Virus record (IMG/VR): IMGVR_UViG_3300017705_000602
DNA: 64,000 nt
Strand: one strand, 5' to 3'
Source: a virus
Lineage: Duplodnaviria > Heunggongvirae > Uroviricota > Caudoviricetes
Part shown: positions 29,500 to 39,716 of the stretch, one piece after another
Layout: every line of letters begins with the position of its first letter
Numbering within the stretch: position 1 is the stretch's first letter
Notes under the pieces: generated by a model
What the model saw: the letters and a program-made list of their open reading frames with translations, nothing else
Database searches by the model: none
Told to the model about the DNA's origin: nothing
Translations under genes and position numbers: made by a program

Positions 29500-31767
29500 A
29501 TGAAATCAATTATGGTTACTAAAGGGAGTGGCCACCGCGAACCATTCGACCCAGATAAAATACACAAAGTTCTATTCTGGGCTACGGAGAATATTACAGG
29601 AGTATCCGTATCACAAATCGAAGCAAAAGCGTCCTTACAACTCCATAACGGCATTACAACCAAAGATATACACGAAATCTTGATTGCCTCTGCAACAGAA
29701 TTAATTTCTGCAGACATGCCGAATTACCAATGGGTGGCAGCCAGGCTAAGACTTTTTCAATTACGAAAAGAAGCTTTAGGGCAGTTCGAGCCTATTCCCG
29801 TCTTTGATTTAGTCAAGCGCAACGTTGCGCTAGGAAAATACACAAACGAGTTACTCGATTGGTACACCGAAGATGAATGGGCAGAGATGGAAAAAATAGT
29901 CGATCACGAACGTGACTTTGACTATGCGTCTGCAGGCATGGAACAGCTAGCAAGAAAGTACTTGGTGCAAAACCGAGTTACTCGTGAAGTGTTCGAAACA
30001 CCGCAGTATTTAAACATTGTTGTGTCTGCATGCTTTTTTCATCGTTACCCTCAAGAAACACGCATGCAATACATTCGCGATTTTTACAATGCGTTAAGTA
30101 ACCATGTAATTTCGTTGCCAACTCCTATCATGGCAGGATTGAGAACTCCTACTAAACAGTTTTCAAGTTGTGTACTTATTGAATCTGGCGATACATTAAA
30201 GTCTATTAACGCTACATCAAATGCTATAGTCGAGTATATCAGTCGCAAAGCAGGTATCGGACTCGAAGGCGGTCATATAAGAGCAGTTGATTCTGAAATA
30301 CGCGGTGGCGATGCAAGACATACTGGTGTAACTCCATTTTATCGCATGTTCCAATCAGCAGTTAAAAGCTGTTCGCAAGGTGGTGTCCGAGGTGGTGCCG
30401 CAACATTGTATGCACCTATATGGCATCTTGAGATTGAAAACATTGTTACACTGCGTAACAATGCGAGAACAGAAGAAACCGCAGTTCGGCACATGGATTA
30501 CGGTATACAGTTTTGCGAATTGTTTTATGAGCGTTTGATCAACGACGAAGATATTACATTGTTCAGTCCGCATGAAGTAACAGACATGCACGAAGCGTTT
30601 TTTAGTGACCAAGAAAAATTCCGCGAGCTGTACGAAATGTACGAAAACAAACAAGGTATCATGAAAAAGACAATACCTGCAATTGAATTGTTTTCGTTAT
30701 ATCACACACAGCGCAAAGAGACTGGGCGCATTTATAAAATAAATGTTGACAACACCAACAAGTTCGGGTCGTTTGACGAAACAGTAGCACCAGTAAGAAT
30801 GTCTAACTTGTGTACTGAAATCACGTTACCGACTAAGCCGCTTGAATACCCAGATGATCCAAACGGTGAAATTGCACTGTGTACGCTAGCAGGTATTAAC
30901 TTTGGTAAAATGAAAGACACATCAGATTTCGAAAAGCCTGCAGAGTTACTTGTGCGTGCATTAAACGAATTACTTGATTATCAAGAGTACCCAATGCAAG
31001 CCGCACACAAGTCAACTATGGGTCGCAGGCCACTTGGCGTTGGTATCTCGAACTTGGCGTACTGGATTGCTAAAAACGGTTATAAGTATTCTGATGATTC
31101 TTCACTTGTACACTTAGGTGAAATGATGGAAGCATTCCAGTATTACTTAATGAAAGCCAGTGTCGAGGTTGCTAAAGAAAACGGACCTTGTCCAATGTTC
31201 AACGAAACCAAATATGCAAAAGGCATTATGCCAGTTGATGCATACAAAACAGCACTTGACGAAATACTGCCGCACAAAGAAGTCGTTGACTGGAATACCT
31301 TACGTAACGAAATTGCAGAACACGGAATGGCAAACAGTACATTGTCAGCTTTAATGCCAGTGGAGACATCAAGTCAGATAATTAATGCCACAAACGGTAT
31401 TGAACCACCAAGAAGCTTTGTGTCAGTTAAAGGCTCTGCAGACGGAAGACTTAAACAGGTTGTTCCAAGTTTCCAGAGACTCAAGAACAAATATGAACTT
31501 GCATGGGATATGCCAAACACACGTGGTTATCTAAAAGTTGCCGCAGTAGCACAAAAGTATGTGGATCAGGCAATTTCAACCAACACTTGGTACAATCCGG
31601 AAAATTACGAAAACAACGAAATTCCAATGATTGAACTTATCCAAGACGACTTAATGGCTTACAAGTTCGGCTTGAAAACACTTTATTACTGCAACACTCA
31701 CGATGGTGCAACAGATGATTACGACGACGGCGACGACGGATGTGCCGGCGGTGGATGTAAACTTTAA
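29500..31767 (+). CDS. nrdA: Class Ia ribonucleotide reductase alpha subunit with ATP cone
   Basis: N-terminal ATP cone; SSCVL, SNLCTE, LCTLA, TLYY; C-terminal CAGGGC. Confidence 0.97.
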   Translation: MKSIMVTKGSGHREPFDPDKIHKVLFWATENITGVSVSQIEAKASLQLHNGITTKDIHEILIASATELISADMPNYQWVAARLRLFQLRKEALGQFEPIPVFDLVKRNVALGKYTNELLDWYTEDEWAEMEKIVDHERDFDYASAGMEQLARKYLVQNRVTREVFETPQYLNIVVSACFFHRYPQETRMQYIRDFYNALSNHVISLPTPIMAGLRTPTKQFSSCVLIESGDTLKSINATSNAIVEYISRKAGIGLEGGHIRAVDSEIRGGDARHTGVTPFYRMFQSAVKSCSQGGVRGGAATLYAPIWHLEIENIVTLRNNARTEETAVRHMDYGIQFCELFYERLINDEDITLFSPHEVTDMHEAFFSDQEKFRELYEMYENKQGIMKKTIPAIELFSLYHTQRKETGRIYKINVDNTNKFGSFDETVAPVRMSNLCTEITLPTKPLEYPDDPNGEIALCTLAGINFGKMKDTSDFEKPAELLVRALNELLDYQEYPMQAAHKSTMGRRPLGVGISNLAYWIAKNGYKYSDDSSLVHLGEMMEAFQYYLMKASVEVAKENGPCPMFNETKYAKGIMPVDAYKTALDEILPHKEVVDWNTLRNEIAEHGMANSTLSALMPVETSSQIINATNGIEPPRSFVSVKGSADGRLKQVVPSFQRLKNKYELAWDMPNTRGYLKVAAVAQKYVDQAISTNTWYNPENYENNEIPMIELIQDDLMAYKFGLKTLYYCNTHDGATDDYDDGDDGCAGGGCKL

Positions 31768-31775
31768 GGAGATGT

Positions 31776-32912
31776 ATGAAGTTCCAGACTTTTAACACAA
31801 CAAAAAATGACGCTACCAAAGAGCAAATGTTCTTTGGTAGCTCTGTAAACTCAGCACGATACGACAAACAGAAGTATTCGTTCTTTGAAAAGCAGATACG
31901 AAAGCAAAACAGTTTCTTTTGGACGCCAGAAGAAATTGCAATGAACCAAGACTCGGCCAACTATCATAAAGACCTTGGCGATGCTGCCAAGCACATCTTT
32001 ACATCGAATTTGCAGTATCAGATATTACTTGATTCTGTACAGGGCCGAGCACCTAACATTGCTTTACTGCCTGTTGTTTCTATTCCAGAATTAGAAACGT
32101 TGGTTGAGACATGGTCGTATTTTGAAACAATTCACTCTAGATCGTATTCTCATATCATTCGTGGTATATACAATAACCCAGGCGATGTTTTTGATACTAT
32201 GCTTGATATTCAGCCTATACTGGATCGTGCAAGCGCAGTAACTAAATATTACGACGACTTTATTGAGTACTCGTCTTGGTACAACTTGTTAGGCATTGGC
32301 AAACACACAGTTAACGGAAAAACTGTTGATGTTAATGAATACGAATTGCACAAAAAGTTATACTTGCTTATGTCGGCAGTTAACATACTAGAAGGCGTGC
32401 GTTTTTATGTTTCGTTTGCATGCACATGGAACTTTGCAGAGTCCATGAAGGTAATGGAAAAGTCTGCCAAGATCCTGAAGTTGATTTGCCGTGATGAGAA
32501 TGTGCATTTGGCAATCACTACTTTTATCATGAAAAAGTTTGCCGACGGATCAGAAGGCACAATGCTTCGAGATATTGCGCAAGAATGTGAACCACTAGTA
32601 TATCAAATGTACGACGATGCAGTACAGCAAGAAAAGCAGTGGGCGGAGTACTTGTTTAGCGAAGGCTCGGTTATTGGGTTAAATGCCCAGATTCTGGGGG
32701 AATACGTCGAGTATATTGCAAATAAACGTATGCGCACAATCGGCCTTAAAGGACCGTACGCACAATCGAGCAACCCGTTGCCTTGGACCGATTCGTGGAT
32801 CGGATCTAAAGATACACAAGTTGCACCACAAGAAGAAGAAATTACCAGCTACACTGTTGGCGGTATCAACAACAATATTGATAAAAACGTTCTTTCAGGC
32901 TTCAAACTTTAA
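31776..32912 (+). CDS. nrdB: Class Ia ribonucleotide reductase beta subunit
   Basis: FETIHSRSY (radical Tyr), ILEGVRFYVSF, RDENVH. Confidence 0.97.
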   Translation: MKFQTFNTTKNDATKEQMFFGSSVNSARYDKQKYSFFEKQIRKQNSFFWTPEEIAMNQDSANYHKDLGDAAKHIFTSNLQYQILLDSVQGRAPNIALLPVVSIPELETLVETWSYFETIHSRSYSHIIRGIYNNPGDVFDTMLDIQPILDRASAVTKYYDDFIEYSSWYNLLGIGKHTVNGKTVDVNEYELHKKLYLLMSAVNILEGVRFYVSFACTWNFAESMKVMEKSAKILKLICRDENVHLAITTFIMKKFADGSEGTMLRDIAQECEPLVYQMYDDAVQQEKQWAEYLFSEGSVIGLNAQILGEYVEYIANKRMRTIGLKGPYAQSSNPLPWTDSWIGSKDTQVAPQEEEITSYTVGGINNNIDKNVLSGFKL

Positions 32913-32918
32913 ACAAAC

Positions 32919-32944
32919 ATAGTGTGCATAACATTGCACACTAT
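32919..32944 (+). terminator. Stem-loop after nrdB
   Basis: ATAGTGTGCA-taacat-TGCACACTAT, 10-bp perfect stem, short T run. Confidence 0.6.
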
Positions 32945-32966
32945 TTCCAAACAAACAGGACACATA

Positions 32967-33284
32967 ATGTTAAAACAAGAATATAAAAAAGATCAAGTAG
33001 TATGTTTTAAACTTTGCTCAGGCGAAGAAGTAATTGCAAAAGTCAAAAGCGAAGACAATGGTGTGTACACTCTTACTTCGGCTAGGACCTTAATTGCTGT
33101 GCAAAACGGTGCAGGCCTTGCACCTATTGCGACCATGGGCGATCCTGACACAGAACTAATGCTATTTCAAACATCTGTAATGTTTACGTACAGCCCGCAG
33201 AAAGATATCGAAAATAAATACATTAAAGAAGTTTCGAACATTCAAGTTGCTAATGCAGGCCAGCAAAGCAAAATTATTTCTTAA
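32967..33284 (+). CDS. Hypothetical protein, possibly Sm-like beta fold
   Basis: ATG 32967 with AGGA RBS; FKLCSGEEVIAKV. Confidence 0.65.
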   Translation: MLKQEYKKDQVVCFKLCSGEEVIAKVKSEDNGVYTLTSARTLIAVQNGAGLAPIATMGDPDTELMLFQTSVMFTYSPQKDIENKYIKEVSNIQVANAGQQSKIIS

Positions 33285-33291
33285 ATAATAG

Positions 33292-33320
33292 TTGGCAGAT
33301 AGGACCATAACATGTATAAT
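33292..33320 (+). promoter_or_regulatory. sigma70-type promoter
   Basis: TTGGCA-17 nt-TATAAT. Confidence 0.7.
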
Positions 33321-33365
33321 AAACGCAACAGACACAATACACACACAAACAATGGAGCGAACACA

Positions 33366-33575
33366 ATGAAAAAAACAAATCGTAGCCCTTATGAAATCCG
33401 CGCTGACCTTTTAGTTTTAGCACGAGATATTCTTACTGAGCAAGCGCACGCCAATGCTGAACGCACGGACACCGGGCAAGTACTTAACTATACTGCCCCG
33501 ACTACAGCAGACATTGTTGCAGAAGCAAAAGCACTAAACCAATTTGTTTCTTTTGACGATAAAACAACAGGTTAA
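33366..33575 (+). CDS. Small hypothetical phage protein
   Basis: ATG 33366 with GGAG RBS; SPYEIRADLL...DIVAEAKALNQFV. Confidence 0.7.
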   Translation: MKKTNRSPYEIRADLLVLARDILTEQAHANAERTDTGQVLNYTAPTTADIVAEAKALNQFVSFDDKTTG

Positions 33576-33602
33576 CACCACATTAATATGTAAGGAAATA
33601 TA

Positions 33603-34349
33603 GTGGATATCAAAAATGCAATCGATTACGAAAGCTTCAACGGATTACTTGCAATTAGCGATATCCACAATGAATATTACACTGCAAAAAAAGCCGTTGA
33701 ACTAGCTTTCGAGAAAAACTTATTAATAGTATTTTTAGGCGACATGGTCGACGGTGGTGCTTGGCCAACCGAAACTGTACTGCTAGTAAAGCAGGTACTT
33801 GACGAAAAGCTTGGAATCATGATCATTGGAAATCACGATGACAAGCTTTATCGTTATGCTATCGGAAACGATGTAAAGCTAGCACAAGCTCAAATCGATA
33901 CGCTAAATTCTACACCCGATCAAGCATTGTTTCTTGAAACCATGAGAGACATATACACTCACCCACTTGCAACTTTTTATGCATACGTTGACAACTATAT
34001 GTTTGTACACGGTGCAGTTGATCCTTCGGTATGGGGACACCCGGACGAAGTAAACAAAAAACAGAAAGCTATGTGTTTATACGGTGAAGTAGATGGTACC
34101 AGAGACGAGACGGGCTGGCCCAAGCGAACTTATTCATGGTGCGAAAGTGTTCCTGCAGGTCATTCTGTATTTGTTGGCCACGATCGATCAGCAAAAGGAA
34201 AGCCATTAACCGAAGTCGGCGTGTATGAAAATCAACAAGGTGGCAAAACTTACTTTATGGATTGTTCGTGCGGCAAGACTCCGATTAACGGTCCAGCAGG
34301 CATAGCAACTATCACCGAAAACGATATTGTGATCGCAACTATAAAATGA
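33603..34349 (+). CDS. Calcineurin-like metallophosphoesterase (PrpE/Pnkp-like)
   Basis: SDIH, GDMVDGG, GNHD, FVHG, FVGH. Confidence 0.85.
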   Translation: MDIKNAIDYESFNGLLAISDIHNEYYTAKKAVELAFEKNLLIVFLGDMVDGGAWPTETVLLVKQVLDEKLGIMIIGNHDDKLYRYAIGNDVKLAQAQIDTLNSTPDQALFLETMRDIYTHPLATFYAYVDNYMFVHGAVDPSVWGHPDEVNKKQKAMCLYGEVDGTRDETGWPKRTYSWCESVPAGHSVFVGHDRSAKGKPLTEVGVYENQQGGKTYFMDCSCGKTPINGPAGIATITENDIVIATIK

Positions 34350-34738
34350 AACTAGCTGTCGTTGGCTCACGGACATTTCTTAATAGAAATACGGTATTTT
34401 GCATTTTACTCGAATACCACAAGCACTACGGGGACAACTTAACCATTGTATCGGGCGGTTGTCCCCGTGGTCCCGATCGCTTTGCAGAAGAATTTGCAGA
34501 GCTATACGACATACCAACCGAAATATACCCCGCAAACTGGAACGAGCACGGCAGAGCAGCCGGGTTTATTCGCAACTCCGATATAGTCAATGCATGCGAT
34601 GAAGTAATTGCATTCTGGGACCGAAAATCTAATGGAACCAAAGACACTATCAACAAAGCAAAGAAGTTAAACAAAGAAGTAATTATTGTCGACACCGACT
34701 TGACATTTACTAACAAATTAGTTAAATTGTTGCTTTAG
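34346..34738 (+). CDS. DUF2493/YspA-like SLOG-family protein
   Basis: VVGSRTF, IVSGGCPRGPD, AAGFIRNSDIV, FWDRKSNGT. Confidence 0.8.
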   Translation: MKLAVVGSRTFLNRNTVFCILLEYHKHYGDNLTIVSGGCPRGPDRFAEEFAELYDIPTEIYPANWNEHGRAAGFIRNSDIVNACDEVIAFWDRKSNGTKDTINKAKKLNKEVIIVDTDLTFTNKLVKLLL

Positions 34739-34761
34739 TTAAACATCAATGCGAGAACAAC

Positions 34762-35331
34762 ATGCAAGGGTATTATCAGGACGATACTGGCTACTTGACA
34801 CACAATGGCAATCACGACCAGGCGTTAGCAATTGCGCTGACAATATTAAGTGTATTAGCCGGGACGATTATTACAATGTACCTGATTGTGCATGCTAACG
34901 CAGATTCGGTTTGGGAAGGTGATAAACGATCGGTATCAATGCCCGACGGTGTAATATGGTATCTGATGCTTGTGCCATTTTCTAGTTACTACACGGTGCA
35001 AATAAGCAGAATGACATACCGCTACATATTAGGTTATGAGCATTGGATATCTCCCTACAGCATCGACCCACTTAGCTTTCAAATACATCCGGCCGCTGAT
35101 TTGGTCAAGGGAATTTTTCTTTCATGTTTCGTGCTTGTCGGCGTTGCCGTAGGAACTCTTAGCATGAAGTTTCCTACTTCGTATACCGTTGGGTTAGCTA
35201 CATTTTACACTACTACGACTGTGCTAATAGTATCCGTGGTACTGATACCGTCGATAATCATGACAATGCAGTACATTCGTCGTGTGCGTTTGCGCAAGCT
35301 TGAAACATACCGTCGGTTAGGCGGCGAATAA
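34762..35331 (+). CDS. Multi-pass membrane protein
   Basis: About four hydrophobic segments; basic C-tail. Confidence 0.7.
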   Translation: MQGYYQDDTGYLTHNGNHDQALAIALTILSVLAGTIITMYLIVHANADSVWEGDKRSVSMPDGVIWYLMLVPFSSYYTVQISRMTYRYILGYEHWISPYSIDPLSFQIHPAADLVKGIFLSCFVLVGVAVGTLSMKFPTSYTVGLATFYTTTTVLIVSVVLIPSIIMTMQYIRRVRLRKLETYRRLGGE

Positions 35332-35344
35332 AAAAGGTGTCAAC

Positions 35345-35941
35345 ATGCCAAGAGTATTTTTAGAATTTCCAACTGATCACGCACTCGGTAAGAGGTTACG
35401 AGTAATAACTGCTATTGCTATTGCACTGCCGGTGCTTGCAATTGTGTTTACTGAGATAATGCTGTTTGTTGACCCGACTTTTCTGAACGGAGATTTCTTC
35501 GGGCACGAAGTTGACCGCCTGGGAATACTATACGGTGAATCCATATCCATCGGAGGTCTTTTTGCATCCGTTGTTGTTTTCTCAACGCTCTGTGTTATAC
35601 ATCTGGTGTACTACATACGCGGATATGATAAACCACAAAAGCCCGATCTAATAAAAGCAAACATAACAAGCGACGACGCCAATTACACAATGGTGACTGC
35701 AGAAAATTTTAGTGCGCTAGGATCGTACTTGCTCGCCTTATGGTTTATGTTGCTAGTGCTAACAATTGTACAGGGTGTAATATACGGGTTATGGAAATTT
35801 CATCCGTTGGCGGTTTTGTTACCTATTGTTATTGTGGCAGCAGTAACTGGTGTTAAGCATTTGCGCACTCGTGCCCGTAATCGAAAACTAAACGAACGAG
35901 AAATAATCGAAAGACTCAATGGAACACACCGAGCAAAATAA
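35345..35941 (+). CDS. Multi-pass membrane protein
   Basis: About four hydrophobic segments; basic C-tail. Confidence 0.7.
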   Translation: MPRVFLEFPTDHALGKRLRVITAIAIALPVLAIVFTEIMLFVDPTFLNGDFFGHEVDRLGILYGESISIGGLFASVVVFSTLCVIHLVYYIRGYDKPQKPDLIKANITSDDANYTMVTAENFSALGSYLLALWFMLLVLTIVQGVIYGLWKFHPLAVLLPIVIVAAVTGVKHLRTRARNRKLNEREIIERLNGTHRAK

Positions 35942-35979
35942 AATTCGATAATTACAAACAAAACGTCACGGAGAGACAA

Positions 35980-36843
35980 TTGCAAAATTATCACGACTTA
36001 ATGGAATACATTTTAGAGAAGGGAGTCGAACGCCCTGATCGCACCAGTGTCGGTGCATCCAAATTTGTACCAGCACAAACACTCACTTGGGACCTAGCAG
36101 AAGGATTCCCTATTATCACTACCAGGCGTGTACCATTTCGTATAGCGTTCGAGGAAACTATGTTTTTCTTGCGCGGCGAAACAGACACCACAAAGCTCGA
36201 ACAAAAACGCATACACATCTGGAAAGACAACACCAGTCGCGAATTCCTGGACAGCAAGAACTTACAGCACTTGCCTGTTGGCTCACTGGGTACCGGTTAC
36301 AGTCATCAGTGGAGAAACTTTGGCGGCGAAGTAGGCAAGCCCGACACAGGCGTTGATCAGATACGCGACATGATCAACGAAATGCAAACAAATCCAACCA
36401 GCAGACGCCATGTTGTTAGTGCCTGGAATCCAACTCAGTTGCCAGGCACTCCATTGCCACCTTGTCACTTGATGCACATGTACACAGTTGACCCTGTGAA
36501 CAATCTGTTGCACAGTTCTTTTATCATGCGATCAAACGATGTGCCGTTTGGCCTACCGTTTAATATCATGGGCTATGCCTTTTTAAACCACGCTTTTAGT
36601 GCAATTTTAGGCCTAACTCCTGGCACGCTTACATACTTCGCACAAGATGCGCACATATACAAAAACCAGTACGAAATGGTCGAAGAACAGCTGACGCGCA
36701 TACCAAAGACCTTGCCTCGTTTTAACTTTAAAAAGAAACTTGAGACGTTCGATGATTTGCTGGCTCTTGAGTTCGAAGACGTTGAGATAATAGGATATGA
36801 TCCGTATCCTGATATTGCAGACAAACCAGCAATGGCGGTGTAA
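35980..36843 (+). CDS. thyA: Thymidylate synthase
   Basis: TTG start; SRRHVVSAWNP, LPPCH, MRSNDVPFGLPFN, DAHIY. Confidence 0.95.
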   Translation: MQNYHDLMEYILEKGVERPDRTSVGASKFVPAQTLTWDLAEGFPIITTRRVPFRIAFEETMFFLRGETDTTKLEQKRIHIWKDNTSREFLDSKNLQHLPVGSLGTGYSHQWRNFGGEVGKPDTGVDQIRDMINEMQTNPTSRRHVVSAWNPTQLPGTPLPPCHLMHMYTVDPVNNLLHSSFIMRSNDVPFGLPFNIMGYAFLNHAFSAILGLTPGTLTYFAQDAHIYKNQYEMVEEQLTRIPKTLPRFNFKKKLETFDDLLALEFEDVEIIGYDPYPDIADKPAMAV

Positions 36844-37991
36844 TGACTAATACTTGCGTTATTGGAAATATTACCGAACTGACGGCAAAGTACGAATATC
36901 TATTAAGCCTAGCAGGCGTTGACGTCCTAGGAACCGATAATGCAAGTATATCATCTGGGTACTACTTACACTACCACAGCATAGCCAGCAAAAAATACGA
37001 TACTGTGGTTGCAATCTATAGCGATGTGTACGCAAAATATTCTGTTTGTGATTTCGGTAAACCATTTATTGTTACGCCTACTAGCAAGTTCAATCGCGTA
37101 TGCTTTTTACCCGAAAACGAAGGCCGAGGCCAAGAAAATGCTTGTAACATGTTCAGATTGTTTTTGCCACTTTACATGCTGTGTATAAGTAAAGACATAG
37201 ATTTGAAAGTAATCTACAAAGACAAAATGTTTCAAGCTGATCGATTTGTAAAGGACAAGATTGCCGAGTTTGGCGAAATTGAACACATAGACACAAGAAA
37301 GACATTTTCGTTATATGGGTATCACAATACCCACAATGAATACGTAACTGATATACGCAACAAAGAAAATTTGCTTATTGTTCTAGGAGACAGCTGGGCA
37401 GTCGGTGATAATCACGACACTTCGGATTATTGGCACGTTGGGCAAATGGAACAAGGTTTCGCGTATTTAGTTGCACAAGAATTGGATGCCGACTTGGTTG
37501 CATGTGCCGCACCTGGCAACAGTAATCAACTAGCCATAATCAATTTTGCAATTTGGTACTTGCACAACAAACATTTAGTTGACCAATACCGCATTGTTAA
37601 TGTATTATTTTCAACCACGTCCGCTGATCGAGACTTTGCAGTACACGGTAACTTAGGGTCGTGGTCCGAACAACGCGAATCTTGTACGTTCGTGATTGAG
37701 CAAACAACAGAGAAACTGTTGACTGAATCGAAACAGGCAATTGATACATTTGTCAGCTTTTGTAAATGGCTAAACATGCCGTTTAAATTTGTACTCAATC
37801 ATGGAACCTCGGTGCATCATTACTTGCGAGACCGCTACTCGGATTTTTTAATAGGGCCGAAAACCGAAGGAAAGTACACATATAGCCAGTTATTTAAAAG
37901 AACTGATTTAGTTGCTTCGTGCGGTCACCCAAGCGATAAAGGTAATCAGTTCTTAGCGAATGAAATTTGCAGGGAATTAAAAAGGAATTAA
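36843..37991 (+). CDS. Protein with a C-terminal SGNH/GDSL-hydrolase-like domain
   Basis: VLGDSW block I, APGNSN block II, CGHP block V. Confidence 0.55.
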   Translation: MTNTCVIGNITELTAKYEYLLSLAGVDVLGTDNASISSGYYLHYHSIASKKYDTVVAIYSDVYAKYSVCDFGKPFIVTPTSKFNRVCFLPENEGRGQENACNMFRLFLPLYMLCISKDIDLKVIYKDKMFQADRFVKDKIAEFGEIEHIDTRKTFSLYGYHNTHNEYVTDIRNKENLLIVLGDSWAVGDNHDTSDYWHVGQMEQGFAYLVAQELDADLVACAAPGNSNQLAIINFAIWYLHNKHLVDQYRIVNVLFSTTSADRDFAVHGNLGSWSEQRESCTFVIEQTTEKLLTESKQAIDTFVSFCKWLNMPFKFVLNHGTSVHHYLRDRYSDFLIGPKTEGKYTYSQLFKRTDLVASCGHPSDKGNQFLANEICRELKRN

Positions 37992-37993
37992 CA

Positions 37994-38347
37994 ATGCATA
38001 CACTTTACGATATACATTCGTTTTGTAGTCACGCAAAAGCGGAAAATCTCGATAGACTAATAACATTTTTATTAATGCATTTCGAAAAAGAAGTCGAACA
38101 ACAAAAAACATATAACGAGATTTCCAGCGAAAATGTTCAGTCAGATTACACCTTGCCAGACATAGTTAGTACATTAGATGTCCTGATACAAAATCTTAAT
38201 TATTTAAAACACAATACCGAAGAGCTCGATACCAGGACTATCAGTGTAGACTCAATGGAACACCGTATATCCAATATTGAAAACGATATGCAGTCGTTAA
38301 TGTCAAGAGTTATCGAGATCGAAAAAAAGCTCTCTAGCAACAAATAA
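37994..38347 (+). CDS. Hypothetical coiled-coil protein
   Basis: ATG 37994 with AAGGA RBS. Confidence 0.65.
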   Translation: MHTLYDIHSFCSHAKAENLDRLITFLLMHFEKEVEQQKTYNEISSENVQSDYTLPDIVSTLDVLIQNLNYLKHNTEELDTRTISVDSMEHRISNIENDMQSLMSRVIEIEKKLSSNK

Positions 38348-38348
38348 T

Positions 38349-38356
38349 GATAAATA
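38349..38356 (+). promoter_or_regulatory. Late-type promoter motif upstream of folE
   Basis: GATAAATA 63 nt before the ATG. Confidence 0.5.
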
Positions 38357-38419
38357 GTTATGTGTTCGTGTTAGGAGAACACATTACAATTTATTTTAAC
38401 CTGTAAGGAAACGGAAAAT

Positions 38420-39097
38420 ATGTCATTTCAAAAGACAAAAGTTGACGCCGCTCTCGGCGCAAAAGTTCAAGCCCACTTAGAATCAATCGGTTTACACACC
38501 CCAACAACAGACTTATTAAATGCAGATGCGTCAAGTAAAATTGGCAAAATCGAAGATCATTTAATTGAAGTTTGGAAAACGTTAGGTATGGATTTAACAG
38601 ACGACTCGTTAGTTGAAACACCAAAGCGTATTGCAAAAATGATGGTGCTAGAAAACTACTGGGGCTTACTACCAGAGAACTTCCCGAAGTGTACTACAAT
38701 CACTAACAAAATGAAGTTTGACGAAATGGTACTAGAACGTAACATTTCGGTTATGTCCAACTGTGAACATCACGGTGTAGTAATTGACGGTGTTGCTCAT
38801 GTAGCATATATCCCAGGCGAAAAAGTACTAGGACTTTCTAAACTTAATCGCGTAGTAGAATACTTTGCTAAACGTCCGCAAGTACAAGAAAGACTAACTG
38901 CACAAATTTATCATGCACTCAGCTTTATACTGGGCACTGACAATGTTGCGGTAGTAATTGATGCAGAGCATTATTGCGTTAAGTCACGTGGCGTTGAAGA
39001 TACTAACTCACACACGTTTACTTCATACCTGGGCGGCGCATTCAAGCACGATCCTGCAACACGCTCTGAATATATGTCGCTTGTAAGATCTTGTTAA
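38420..39097 (+). CDS. folE: GTP cyclohydrolase I
   Basis: SNCEHH, GLSKLNR, RPQVQERLT, HYCVKSRGV. Confidence 0.96.
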   Translation: MSFQKTKVDAALGAKVQAHLESIGLHTPTTDLLNADASSKIGKIEDHLIEVWKTLGMDLTDDSLVETPKRIAKMMVLENYWGLLPENFPKCTTITNKMKFDEMVLERNISVMSNCEHHGVVIDGVAHVAYIPGEKVLGLSKLNRVVEYFAKRPQVQERLTAQIYHALSFILGTDNVAVVIDAEHYCVKSRGVEDTNSHTFTSYLGGAFKHDPATRSEYMSLVRSC

Positions 39098-39307
39098 TTG
39101 CTTAAACGCACTATACATTTTACACAGCAAGACATGCCACCAAAATTTAGGATCCGCAAAAACAGTTTGTGGGTCCTGGACCCCGGCATCAATCGTTGGT
39201 GCTTGATTTCAAGATCTTTGTTGTACCGACTTGCTGTCCATAGACGAGCTCAGGCACGCCAAGAAATATACCAAACAAACACTATCAGAGTCTTTCGTAA
39301 GTATTGA
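39098..39307 (+). CDS. Possible small basic hypothetical protein
   Basis: TTG-start ORF filling the gap after folE; no clear RBS. Confidence 0.3.
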   Translation: MLKRTIHFTQQDMPPKFRIRKNSLWVLDPGINRWCLISRSLLYRLAVHRRAQARQEIYQTNTIRVFRKY

Positions 39308-39332
39308 TCTACTGAAGTAGATACTGTATAAT
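39304..39332 (+). promoter_or_regulatory. sigma70-type promoter
   Basis: TTGATC-17 nt-TATAAT. Confidence 0.7.
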
Positions 39333-39365
39333 GCTATAAAAGCAACAGTTGCGGTAGTAAAATTC

Positions 39366-39716
39366 ATGAAAAAGTATATATTCATAACACATGTTGAGAT
39401 GGTTGAAGTTGCCACTGAGGAATTCAGGCCTGAATATTACTGTAATTATTATCGTAGGGTTGATGATTTACTGCAAGAGTTCATGGTTGCTCAGCTAGCC
39501 GATGATGAACCGTCCAAAGAATGCACAGAGTTATCCCGTATAGTTAACCAGCTTAGTTTAGTATCCCGGTTTAATCCTCACAAAAATTACAGAATGAGTG
39601 TTGTTGTGTTCGATGACGACGATGACACTGACAAAGAAATAACAGCTTTAATGGACGAACAGCACGCGCCTACTATAAAAATGATTAGGAAGTCCGGTGA
39701 CACACACAAAATCTAA
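39366..39716 (+). CDS. Hypothetical protein
   Basis: 116-aa ORF after the promoter. Confidence 0.65.
   Translation: MKKYIFITHVEMVEVATEEFRPEYYCNYYRRVDDLLQEFMVAQLADDEPSKECTELSRIVNQLSLVSRFNPHKNYRMSVVVFDDDDDTDKEITALMDEQHAPTIKMIRKSGDTHKI

Noticed and set aside
29500-36843. Introns or inteins in nrdA, nrdB and thyA (also checked uvsX and the helicase)
   Set aside because: All are contiguous, of normal length, with motifs in order and no homing-endonuclease insertion.
38357-38419. preQ1 riboswitch upstream of folE (hairpin ATGTGTTC/GAACACAT, 38360-38384)
   Set aside because: It lacks the A-rich 3' tail and pseudoknot of preQ1-I; treated as a plain 5' hairpin.
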